Origin: Pseudidiomarina andamanensis
GTDB taxonomy: Bacteria; Pseudomonadota; Gammaproteobacteria; Enterobacterales; Alteromonadaceae
Direction of reading: 5' to 3'
Length of the DNA: 32,000 nucleotides
NCBI RefSeq assembly: GCF_009734345.1
Contig: NZ_CP032551.1
Location: 1,350,001 to 1,382,000 of the forward strand
Shown here: positions 1 through 7,785 of the stretch, in pieces
Layout: every line of letters begins with the position of its first letter
How positions within the stretch are numbered: position 1 is the stretch's first letter
Program-made: the position numbers and the translations under genes
Notes under the pieces: generated by a model
The model's database searches: none
Seen by the model: the letters and a program-made list of their open reading frames with translations, nothing else
Told to the model about the DNA's origin: nothing

Positions 1-168
1 ATTCGCCTCTCTATGGAGCATGAATATATCGGCGCTGATATTTCTGAATGTGGTGTTGAAGCTTATCCAGAATTTGTTGCGTCGAAGACACGCTAGCGTC
101 ATTACGGTCTCGTGCAATTACAATTATCTTGACTACACTTGTGCGTAAATCATGTTACTGGAGGTGGC

Positions 169-1278
169 ATGGCAAACGCACAAATGTTTGTTGGCGAGCT
201 CTTAGCCTTGGCCGATATCCAAATTAATGGGAATCGGCCGTGGGATATGCAGTTGCGCGATCCCTCTTTTTTTGAGGATGTGCTAACGCGTGGTAATTTG
301 GCTCTTGGTGAAGCTTACATGGCTGGCGATTGGGATTGCGAGCAGCTTGATGTGTTTTTCTGCAGGCTGCTGGCTAATCGTGTTCACACCCAAGTTCGAC
401 CATCCCGTCTTATTTGGCATTATCTGAAAAACCGCCTACTCAATTTGCAATCCCCCCAACGATCATGGCTTGTTGGGCAGCATCATTACGACCTCGGTAA
501 TCATTTGTACCAAGCGATGTTAGACCCACGCATGGTGTATACCTGTGGCTATTGGGAAAACGCCCAGTCACTTGAGCAAGCGCAAATTGACAAACTCGAA
601 ATGGTTTGTCAGAAGCTGCAGTTGAAACCAGGCATGCGTATTCTCGATGTTGGCTGCGGCTGGGGTAGTTTCATGAAGTATGCTGCGGAAAACTATGGCG
701 TTGAATGCGTGGGTGTCACGGTTTCCAAGGAACAAGTCGCGCTTGGTACCAAGCTTTGCGAAAACTTACCCATTGAGTTTCGGCTGCAGGACTATCGTAC
801 GCTTAATGAATCATTTGACGCCATTGTGAGTCTCGGTATGTTTGAACACGTTGGTCACAAAAACTATCGGCGCTACATGCAAGTTGTCGCGAATTGCTTG
901 AAGCCGAGCGGCTTATTCTTATTGCATACCATTGGACGTAATCGTGATGTGCGCGGCACTGACCCTTGGATTGCGAAGTATATCTTCCCGAATGGCGAGC
1001 TGCCGTGCTTAAGTCACATCGACAATGCATCTCGTGATCTGCTGTGTGCCGAAGATGTTCATAATTTCGGCGCCGACTACGATCCAACATTAATGGCGTG
1101 GCATCAAAACTTCGAAAGCGTTTGGCCTGAGCTCAGCGTACATTACGACGATACGTTTTATCGCATGTGGCGCTATTACTTGCTGTCATGTGCGGGCGCT
1201 TTTCGCGCCCGCGAATTACAAGTATGGCAATGGGTCTTTAGTAAACCCTATTTAATCGGTGGTTATCGACGCCCATAA
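169..1278 (+). CDS. cfa: cyclopropane-fatty-acyl-phospholipid synthase
   Basis: The long ORF (track 139..1278) is collinear with E. coli Cfa as I recall it. Shared motifs: HYDLGN, LQLKPGMRILDVGCGWG (SAM-binding glycine motif), VSLGMFEHVG, KYIFPNG, HNFGADYD.TLMAW, YYLLSCAGAFRAR. The ATG at 169 follows GGAGG (160-164). The track start at 139 is a TTG without an RBS. Confidence 0.9.
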   Translation: MANAQMFVGELLALADIQINGNRPWDMQLRDPSFFEDVLTRGNLALGEAYMAGDWDCEQLDVFFCRLLANRVHTQVRPSRLIWHYLKNRLLNLQSPQRSWLVGQHHYDLGNHLYQAMLDPRMVYTCGYWENAQSLEQAQIDKLEMVCQKLQLKPGMRILDVGCGWGSFMKYAAENYGVECVGVTVSKEQVALGTKLCENLPIEFRLQDYRTLNESFDAIVSLGMFEHVGHKNYRRYMQVVANCLKPSGLFLLHTIGRNRDVRGTDPWIAKYIFPNGELPCLSHIDNASRDLLCAEDVHNFGADYDPTLMAWHQNFESVWPELSVHYDDTFYRMWRYYLLSCAGAFRARELQVWQWVFSKPYLIGGYRRP

Positions 1279-1286
1279 AACGATAA

Positions 1287-2342
1287 TTACGATTCCTCAT
1301 GTCCACTATTAAAATCGGTCATGAAAATTTGCCACACCGCCATGAACAACGCGGCGACTAACGGCCCAATCACAAAACCGTTAATACCAAATAATGAGAT
1401 ACCGCCAATGGTAGAAAACAGCACAATATAGTCAGGTAGCTTCGTATCTCGGCCAACCAAAATGGGGCGTAACACATTGTCTGCCAAGCCGATAATAATT
1501 GCGCCATAAGCCATTAACACCGTCGCACTGACCCATGCTCCGGTGGCATAGAGGTACAAACCGGCGGGAAACCAAACAAGCGCTGCGCCAACTGCCGGAA
1601 TCAGCGATAAGAAAGCCATAATAACGCCCCATAATAGCGGCGCTGGAATATCTAACAGCCAGAAAATAAAGCCACCGAGGGCGCCCTGCACAATCGCGAC
1701 AACTAAATTACCTTTCACCGTGGCACGAGTGACTTCAACGAACTTCTCAAACAGCGCATGTTCGCGTTCATCGCCAATTGGCAACGCTTTTATCAACAGG
1801 TCGCGCAAATGTGAGCCGTCACGCAGCAAAAAGAAGGTCAGATACATCATTAATGCGAGGCTGACCAAAAAGCCAAAGGTGTTCTGCCCAATGGTGAGTG
1901 TTTCTTTGGCTAAGAACTTAGAGGCCCCCTGCACAGCGCTAATCACTTGGTCGCGGATATCGTTTGGATTAACACCGAATTCCACCAACAACTCGTCGAC
2001 AATCGGAAAGGCATCGCGCAATTTCATGAGCATCGCGCGCGGGTCAATATCGCCGGAGTCGATTTTTTGATAAAGCTGAATCCCCTCTTGAATGAACGCT
2101 GTACTTATAAAGATGACTGGAATAACGACAATTAACATACACACCGTTAATGTCACCAGTGCGTTAAGATTAGGGCGATGCCCCCACTTTCTCTGCAACA
2201 GTTGTTGCATCGGGAAGAAAATAACCGAGACCGCACAGGCCCAAAAGATAGCTGACCAAAATGGTTCAAGTATAAAACCAAAAGCAATCGTCACTGCCGC
2301 CAACAAGATGAGAAAAGCGCGACGTTCGAGTTGTTCCCGCAT
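1287..2342 (-). CDS. AI-2E family transporter (PerM/YdiK-like permease)
   Basis: 351-aa polytopic membrane protein. Its layout is typical of the AI-2E/PerM family: N-terminal TM pair, soluble insert, C-terminal TM bundle with a ...RPILVG... segment. The ATG at 2342 is preceded by AGGA. Confidence 0.75.
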   Translation of the reverse strand: MREQLERRAFLILLAAVTIAFGFILEPFWSAIFWACAVSVIFFPMQQLLQRKWGHRPNLNALVTLTVCMLIVVIPVIFISTAFIQEGIQLYQKIDSGDIDPRAMLMKLRDAFPIVDELLVEFGVNPNDIRDQVISAVQGASKFLAKETLTIGQNTFGFLVSLALMMYLTFFLLRDGSHLRDLLIKALPIGDEREHALFEKFVEVTRATVKGNLVVAIVQGALGGFIFWLLDIPAPLLWGVIMAFLSLIPAVGAALVWFPAGLYLYATGAWVSATVLMAYGAIIIGLADNVLRPILVGRDTKLPDYIVLFSTIGGISLFGINGFVIGPLVAALFMAVWQIFMTDFNSGHEES

Positions 2343-2407
2343 GGGTTGTCCTTGTTCTTTATTAGAATCAGGTTAATATTGGCAATAAAACAATAGGTGA
2401 GCAAGCC

Positions 2408-2899
2408 ATGAAAACAATTACAGAACATTTAGCCGGATATGCCGCATATCATCGTGACCGTCGCAACATTATGACGCACTTAGTGGGTATTCCTCTTATT
2501 GTGGTTGCGATTGAGATTTTACTATCGCGCCCTACCTGGTTTATCGCAGACTTTATGCTCTCACCAGCCATTATTGTGAGCGCGATTGCAGCCCTATTTT
2601 ACCTCAAACTTGATGTGGCCTTAGGTATCTTGATGACTCTGTTACTCGGCTTATCCGTATGGCTAGGTAGTCATGTCGCGATGCTCGAAACCACTTTATG
2701 GTTAAGCTGGGGTATCGGATTATTTGTGGTTGGTTGGATATTCCAATTTATCGGTCACTATTTCGAAGGTCGTAAACCCGCATTTGTTGATGACATTATG
2801 GGTCTCGCTATCGGGCCACTATTTGTCGTTGCCGAAGTTGTGTTCATGCTCGGCGGTAAAAAACAACTTCATCAAGCCATCGAGGCAAAATTCAAGTAA
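2408..2899 (+). CDS. DUF962 / Mpo1-like membrane protein
   Basis: 163-aa ORF with 4 predicted TM helices. The N-terminal YHRDRRN..TH motif and the GH.FEGRKPA motif are typical of the DUF962 (YGL010w/Mpo1-like) family. AGGTGA RBS upstream of the ATG. Confidence 0.65.
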   Translation: MKTITEHLAGYAAYHRDRRNIMTHLVGIPLIVVAIEILLSRPTWFIADFMLSPAIIVSAIAALFYLKLDVALGILMTLLLGLSVWLGSHVAMLETTLWLSWGIGLFVVGWIFQFIGHYFEGRKPAFVDDIMGLAIGPLFVVAEVVFMLGGKKQLHQAIEAKFK

Positions 2900-2916
2900 T
2901 AAGACACTCCACAAAC

Positions 2917-2945
2917 TTGCAAATGAGAACCATTCTCATTAATAT
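2917..2945 (+). promoter_or_regulatory. sigma70-type promoter overlapped by a Fur box
   Basis: -35 TTGCAA (2917-2922), 17-nt spacer, -10 TAATAT (2940-2945). GCAAATGAGAACCATTCTC (2919-2937) matches the 19-bp Fur consensus GATAATGATAATCATTATC at 14/19 positions. It contains 8-bp inverted arms AATGAGAA/TTCTCATT (2922-2940). Confidence 0.5.
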
Positions 2946-2972
2946 GCTTTTAAAGTTTGTGGGGGTACTTCA

Positions 2973-3077
2973 ATGCAACGAACAAAAATTAAATTTTCCT
3001 TATTCTTTTTGATGGCGCTGCCGTTACTATTTAATCTACTTTTAGTCACTGCTAGTTTACTGATCAGCGCCGATTAG
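2973..3077 (+). CDS. 34-aa hydrophobic peptide (signal-peptide-like or single TM), hypothetical
   Basis: The ORF is below the track cutoff and was read by eye: MQRTKIKFSLFFLMALPLLFNLLLVTASLLISAD*. GGGGGT (2961-2966) lies 6 nt upstream of the ATG, and the ORF sits about 20 nt downstream of the predicted Fur-controlled start site. It could be a real small protein or the orphaned N-terminus of a lost gene. Confidence 0.3.
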   Translation: MQRTKIKFSLFFLMALPLLFNLLLVTASLLISAD

Positions 3078-3313
3078 AAATTCCACATTGTCCAAATGCC
3101 AATTTCATTTTGCTCTTGATCAATAATCAGACTATCAACGTGACTTTGTTTGGCAACGAAGGCAACAGTTAGATAGTTTGTCGCTTTCCAATCAAGCCCC
3201 ACCTGAAAGTAATTGCGTTCTAACTCAGGATTCAAACGACGACTTGGATGCAGCCAGCCATAACGTACAAATACCGAGTAATCAGGCAGAAAGCGGTTAT
3301 ATGACAAAAACAT
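3074..3313 (-). pseudogene. C-terminal fragment of an outer-membrane beta-barrel protein
   Basis: The translation ends ...NYFQVGLDWKATNYLTVAFVAK...IGIWTMWNF*. Alternating beta-strand pattern plus a terminal Phe is the classic OMP C-terminal signature. Only 80-96 codons are present, with no signal peptide, which is far too short for a barrel. The upstream part of the ORF is merely antisense to the cytochrome fragment. Confidence 0.45.
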
Positions 3314-3338
3314 TGCTGGCCGAGGCTTTAGCCATTTA

Positions 3339-3797
3339 GGTAAAGAGATTCCAGCGGCAACCACCTATGCCAATGGCGAAAAGGTTTACCTAGCCAATTG
3401 TGCCGTTTGTCATGGCTCCGATGGTGCCGGTAAAAAAGTAGCCGGCGAAATTGTTTATCCACCGCTTTGGGGTGACGGTTCGCACAACTGGGGAGCGGGC
3501 ATGACACGTGTCTTCACTGCCGCCTCTTTTATACAAAACAATATGCCACTGGGTCAGCCAGGGCGTTTAACTGACCAAGAAGCATGGGATGTGGCACTAT
3601 TTATCAATTCGCACGAGCGCCCACAAGATCCGCGCTATACCGGTGATGCAAAGGAAACTCGTGAGAAGTTCATGAATTTCCATAAGGCAACCATGTATGG
3701 CACTGAGGTAAACGGAAAAGTTTTGGGACAGCATGACAATACCGGCGAAAAGCTATTTTTGAAGCCTGACGTACTCAAGCCTCGCACGTTCAAGTAA
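3339..3797 (+). pseudogene. 5'-truncated c-type cytochrome (TsdA-like second haem domain only)
   Basis: The frame is open from 3282. The translation reads ...IPAATTYANGEKVYLANCAVCHGSDG..., with the CxxCH codons at 3399-3413, then FIQNNMPLG and SHERPQDPRY. There is no in-frame ATG/GTG/TTG upstream of the haem motif and no signal peptide. The first ATG (3501) lies after the haem site. Confidence 0.6.
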
Positions 3798-3825
3798 TCT
3801 AACCGCTCGAATTTGACGTATCAAA

Positions 3826-3858
3826 AGCCTGTGTTACAACTGCACAGGCTTTTTTTAT
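3826..3858 (+). terminator. rho-independent terminator
   Basis: AGCCTGTG (3826-3833) pairs with CACAGGCT (3843-3850) across a 9-nt loop, followed by TTTTTTTATTTT. Confidence 0.7.
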
Positions 3859-3875
3859 TTTCTTACGAGATAATT

Positions 3876-4418
3876 ATGTATAGAGCACTTGTTGTTATTC
3901 TGAGTACTGCATTACTCATTGGCTGTTCATCGGGTGATTGGCGAACCGCCTCGCGCGAACCAGCAGGTATCGCGCCTGACCCAGTGACTGAAACTCAACC
4001 GGTCATTGAAGTTTATGCGGCGGATGCATTTGGATGGCGCGGTTGGTTTGCGGTACACACCTGGATTGCAGTGAAGCCAGCTGATGCCAAAGAATATACG
4101 GTATATGAAGTGGTGGGTTGGCGCTTAAATCGTGGCCAACCGGCGCTCTACAACTATACCACCGCCACACCTGATCGTTATTGGTACGGCGCGAAACCTG
4201 AAAAAGTCTTATCAATTGTTGGTAATAAAGCGGGTGAGCTTATTCCTCAGATTATTGACGCCGCCGAACGCTACCCGTGGGCGAACCAATACAAAGCGGT
4301 TCCAGGCCCCAATAGCAATACCTTTCCGGCATGGATAGGCCTACAGGTTCCCGAGCTTGGGCTTGATCTGCCATTCAGTGCTATTGGCAGTGGCTATGCA
4401 GATAATGACCAAGATTAA
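3876..4418 (+). CDS. DUF3750-like lipoprotein
   Basis: Start taken at the ATG at 3876, giving MYRALVVILSTALLIGC|SS with a lipobox. The track start at 3813 is a TTG that would read through the terminator hairpin. The body (GWRGWFAVHTWIAVKP...YEVVGWR...YPWANQY...GPNSNTF) resembles the DUF3750 family from memory. Confidence 0.65.
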   Translation: MYRALVVILSTALLIGCSSGDWRTASREPAGIAPDPVTETQPVIEVYAADAFGWRGWFAVHTWIAVKPADAKEYTVYEVVGWRLNRGQPALYNYTTATPDRYWYGAKPEKVLSIVGNKAGELIPQIIDAAERYPWANQYKAVPGPNSNTFPAWIGLQVPELGLDLPFSAIGSGYADNDQD

Positions 4419-4566
4419 GGCAAATTCGCTAAATCTTTGTGAATTAGATACCGAGGGAACACCAAGAAAAGCATTAACCTATTGATAAAAATAGATTTTA
4501 TTTTATTGGTCTAGATATTGCATGATTTTTAACTATAGTGAATAAAACAAACACAAGGAATCAATC

Positions 4567-5223
4567 ATGCCAGTCAAACTTGAAGACCGACCAATCGAAC
4601 AGGTTCGTGAAGAGATCGTTGATAAGCTCATTGTTAACTACAGCCACGCGATTATTTCTGCTGAGGCTTTTGAGCGTCGACTTGATGAAGCCATGGCAAC
4701 GGACTCTCATCAACAGCTAGTGGCGTTGGTTGAAGACTTACCTTTAGAGGCTGACGCAAGTTACGATGCCAAAAAAGAGCGCTCGTTTACACCCAATTAC
4801 GGCGCCGGCGAAACCTCTCAAGATGACCGACTTGTTAGCATTTTAGGCTCAAGTGTTCGTGAAGGTCAGTGGGTTGTGCCAAAGAAAATTAATGTGATTG
4901 ATGTATTAGGCTCAACAAAAATCGATTTTACTGATGCCATTTTTCAGCACCAAAATATTGAAGTAAACGTGGCGAATGTTTTAGGTAGCCTCGAAATCTT
5001 TGTTCCTGAAAGCGTCAATGTGACCATTCGTATGTACGATATTGTTGGCTCGTCGGAAAATAAAGCACCCTCAATGGCGGGTCGCCAAGCGCCGCAAATA
5101 ACCATCACGGGCTATAGCGTTTTAGGTTCGGTTGAAGTTTCAGTAAAACAGACCATGAAAGAAAAGTTTGTCGCGTTTGCGAATAGCATGCGTGAAGCTC
5201 TAGGTATGTCTAAAACGAACTAA
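4567..5223 (+). CDS. DUF1707 / LiaF-C-terminal-like domain protein (no TM segment)
   Basis: The N-terminus has a DUF1707/SHOCT-like helix (ISAEAFERRLDEAM...LVALVEDLP). The C-terminal half has repeated V(L/I)GS..(I/V) beta-strand units as in the LiaF C-terminal (DUF2154) domain. AAGGA RBS upstream of the ATG. Confidence 0.55.
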   Translation: MPVKLEDRPIEQVREEIVDKLIVNYSHAIISAEAFERRLDEAMATDSHQQLVALVEDLPLEADASYDAKKERSFTPNYGAGETSQDDRLVSILGSSVREGQWVVPKKINVIDVLGSTKIDFTDAIFQHQNIEVNVANVLGSLEIFVPESVNVTIRMYDIVGSSENKAPSMAGRQAPQITITGYSVLGSVEVSVKQTMKEKFVAFANSMREALGMSKTN

Positions 5224-5432
5224 CGATTGTTGATCACGTCTTGTCGTTCGCGCATGTACTCATCGTAAGATTTGTTCGTGCGCTCAAGACATTCATGGTA
5301 CGGAATGCCTTGCTCTTCAACGCATTGGCGTAATTGCTCGCGTTGCATTTCGTGATAAGCGCCGCGATACGTACAGCCACTTACAAACACACTAATACAA
5401 ATCACACTAAGCATCGTTCGTGGTATCAACAT
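5220..5432 (-). CDS. small lipoprotein, hypothetical (70 aa)
   Basis: Strong RBS: GAGGAG lies 7 nt upstream of the ATG. Signal peptide with lipobox VSGC. The mature ~50-aa helical peptide has two further Cys (QC...EC). Its stop codon overlaps the stop of the convergent 4567..5223 gene by 4 nt. Confidence 0.6.
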   Translation of the reverse strand: MLIPRTMLSVICISVFVSGCTYRGAYHEMQREQLRQCVEEQGIPYHECLERTNKSYDEYMRERQDVINNR

Positions 5433-5538
5433 ACCGCTGCTCCTCGTATCAGAGGTTAAAATTTGAATTCACCAAGACAATTTAACCTAAACGCGAGATA
5501 ATAGCCGCTGAATTTTTAATAGTGGTTTAAATGAGCTC

Positions 5539-7725
5539 ATGGAAATAAAAGTAAACTTTTTGGATAACTTGCGTCTGGAAGCCAAGTTTGACGATTTCAC
5601 GGTGATAACCGACCAACCCATTCGTTATAAAGGGGATGGCTCCGCACCCAGTCCGTTCGATTATTTCCTAGCATCATCTGCCATGTGCGCAGCATATTTC
5701 GTCAAGGTTTATTGCTTATCGCGCAATATCCCGACGGACAATATTCGTCTGTCACAGAATAATATTGTTGACCCTGAGAATCGTTATAACCAGATTTTTA
5801 AAATTCAGGTTGAGTTACCTGAAGATATTTCTGAAAAAGATCGCCAAGGCATTCTGCGCTCTATCGACCGTTGCACCGTTAAAAAAGTGGTACAAACCGG
5901 CCCCGAGTTCCAAATTGAAGTGGTTGAGAACCTCGATGAGGATGCGCAAGCGCTATTGATGGGGCAGCCAGAAGGCAATTCTCTCACCTACATTGAAGGC
6001 AAAGACTTGCCGCTTGAGCAAACCATTGCCAACATGACGCAAATTCTCGCCGATCTTGGCATGAAGATCGAAATCGCGTCATGGCGCAACATTGTGCCGC
6101 ACGTATGGTCGTTGCATATTCGTGACGCCGCCTCGCCAATGTGTTTTACCAACGGTAAAGGCGCAACCAAAGAAGCGGCATTGGCTTCGGCATTAGGCGA
6201 GTTCATTGAACGACTCAACTGCAACTTCTTCTATAATGATCAGTATTTCGGTGAGGAAATTGCGCACGCTGATTTTGTTCACTATCCGAATGAAAAATGG
6301 TTTCGGTTGACCGAGAATGACGCCATTCCTGATGGGTTACTTGACGATTATTGTTTAGATATTTACAACCCTGACAATGAGTTGCAAGGGTCTCATTTAA
6401 TCGACACCAACTCTGGACGCTCTGACCGCGGTATTTGCGCACTGCCGTTTCAGCGTCACTCGGATGGCGAAACCATTTACTTCCCATCGAACCTGATTGA
6501 AAACTTGTACCTCAGTAACGGTATGAGCGCGGGTAATACCCTACCTGAAGCCCAGGTACAGTGCCTGTCAGAGATTTTCGAGCGCGCAGTTAAGAAACAA
6601 ATTATTGAGCATGAAATTGCGCTGCCTGACGTGCCGACTGACGTCTTAGCCAAGTACCCGGATATTGTTGAGGCCGTTCAGGCACTCGAAGCGCAGGGCT
6701 ACCCAATTCTTGTGAAGGATGCTTCATTAGGCGGACGCTTCCCAGTTGCTTGTGTCACGTTAATGAACCCTCGCACTGGCGGTGTATTCGCTTCGTTTGG
6801 CGCGCACCCAAGCTTTCATGTGGCACTTGAGCGCAGTCTCACCGAGTTGATGCAAGGCCGCAGCTTCGAAGGTTTGAACGACTTTTTACCGCCAACCTTT
6901 AATAGCATGGCGGTGACTGAGCCGAACAACTTTGTCGAACACTTTATTGATTCTTCTGGTGTGGTGTCATGGCGTTTCTTTAGTTCTCGAAGCGACTATG
7001 AATTCTGCGAGTGGGACTTCTCAGGCACCAACCAAGAAGAAGCCGAAAATCTCTTTGGTATTCTTGAAGGTATGGAGCTTGAAGCTTACATGGCGGTTTA
7101 TACTGAGCTTGGTGCACCGGTATGTCGCATATTGGTGCCAGGTTACTCTGAAGTTTACCCAATTGAGGACTTAGTTTGGGATAACACTAACAAAGCGCTC
7201 GAATACCGTGAAGATATTCTCAATTTGCACCGTCTCACAGACGAACAACTTGAAGATTTGGTTGAGCGCCTCGAAGACAGCCAGCTAGACAACTACATTG
7301 ATATCATTACACTCATTGGTATTGAGTTTGATGAAAACACCGTGTGGGGCCAGCTAACCATTCTTGAGCTCAAGATTCTTATCTATCTTGCATTAGGCCG
7401 TCACGAAGATGCCTACGATTTAGTTGAGGCGTTTCTTCAGTATAACGACAACACGGTTGCACGCACCTTGTTCTACCGTGCGGTGAGTGCAGTTTTAGAA
7501 ATTGCATTAGACGACGAAATGGCATTAGAAGATTACTTACCAAACTTCAAGCGTATGTTCGGCGAGCAAACTATGGCTGACGTGGTAGGTGCGGTGGAAG
7601 GCTCGTTACGCTTCCCTGGTTTAACGCCAACCAATACGCAATTAGAGGGCCTTGATCGTCACCTACGCTTAATTGAAAGCTACAAAAAATTACACGCCGC
7701 ACGAGCTACAAAAGCTCAAGGCTAA
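5539..7725 (+). CDS. ycaO: OsmC-domain / YcaO-domain fusion protein
   Basis: aa 1-~135 form an OsmC/Ohr-like domain (PSPFDYFLASSAMC..., SIDRCTVKK). aa ~150-728 are collinear with E. coli YcaO as I recall it (EIASWRNIVPHVWSLHIRD, CFTNGKGATKEAALASALGEFIERL, HYPNEKWF, SNGMSAGNTLPEAQVQCLSEIFER, FGAHPSFHVALERSLTEL, helical TPR-like tail). Confidence 0.9.
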   Translation: MEIKVNFLDNLRLEAKFDDFTVITDQPIRYKGDGSAPSPFDYFLASSAMCAAYFVKVYCLSRNIPTDNIRLSQNNIVDPENRYNQIFKIQVELPEDISEKDRQGILRSIDRCTVKKVVQTGPEFQIEVVENLDEDAQALLMGQPEGNSLTYIEGKDLPLEQTIANMTQILADLGMKIEIASWRNIVPHVWSLHIRDAASPMCFTNGKGATKEAALASALGEFIERLNCNFFYNDQYFGEEIAHADFVHYPNEKWFRLTENDAIPDGLLDDYCLDIYNPDNELQGSHLIDTNSGRSDRGICALPFQRHSDGETIYFPSNLIENLYLSNGMSAGNTLPEAQVQCLSEIFERAVKKQIIEHEIALPDVPTDVLAKYPDIVEAVQALEAQGYPILVKDASLGGRFPVACVTLMNPRTGGVFASFGAHPSFHVALERSLTELMQGRSFEGLNDFLPPTFNSMAVTEPNNFVEHFIDSSGVVSWRFFSSRSDYEFCEWDFSGTNQEEAENLFGILEGMELEAYMAVYTELGAPVCRILVPGYSEVYPIEDLVWDNTNKALEYREDILNLHRLTDEQLEDLVERLEDSQLDNYIDIITLIGIEFDENTVWGQLTILELKILIYLALGRHEDAYDLVEAFLQYNDNTVARTLFYRAVSAVLEIALDDEMALEDYLPNFKRMFGEQTMADVVGAVEGSLRFPGLTPTNTQLEGLDRHLRLIESYKKLHAARATKAQG

Positions 7726-7730
7726 GAATT

Positions 7731-7777
7731 TACCAGCGGTACTAGTTGGTGCTAAGTGCATCACGGTACCGCTGGTT
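7731..7777. terminator. shared hairpin between convergent genes (possible bidirectional terminator)
   Basis: An 11-bp stem, ACCAGCGGTAC (7732-7742) with GTACCGCTGGT (7766-7776), around a 23-nt loop. U-tracts are weak in both orientations (TATTTAT / AATTCTT). Confidence 0.5.
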
Positions 7778-7785
7778 ATTTATAA

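Noticed and set aside
1-138. Possible 3' end of an upstream gene. Frame 1 is open to the TAG at 94-96 and frame 2 is open to the TAA at 145-147.
   Set aside because: Two frames are open, each with fewer than 50 codons and no recognisable motif. I cannot decide which is real, if either, so no feature is reported.
3813-3875. N-terminal extension of the DUF3750-like ORF from a TTG start, as given in the track
   Set aside because: It would translate through the terminator hairpin of the preceding gene. It would also put 21 residues in front of an otherwise canonical lipoprotein signal peptide that begins at the ATG at 3876.
5220-7725. YcaO plus a nearby small Cys-containing ORF as a RiPP (thiazole/oxazole or thioamide) biosynthetic cluster
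   Set aside because: The YcaO is the E. coli housekeeping type with a TPR-like tail. No TfuA, E1-like or dehydrogenase partner is present. The small ORF is a Sec/lipobox-exported lipoprotein on the opposite strand, not a leader-core precursor peptide.
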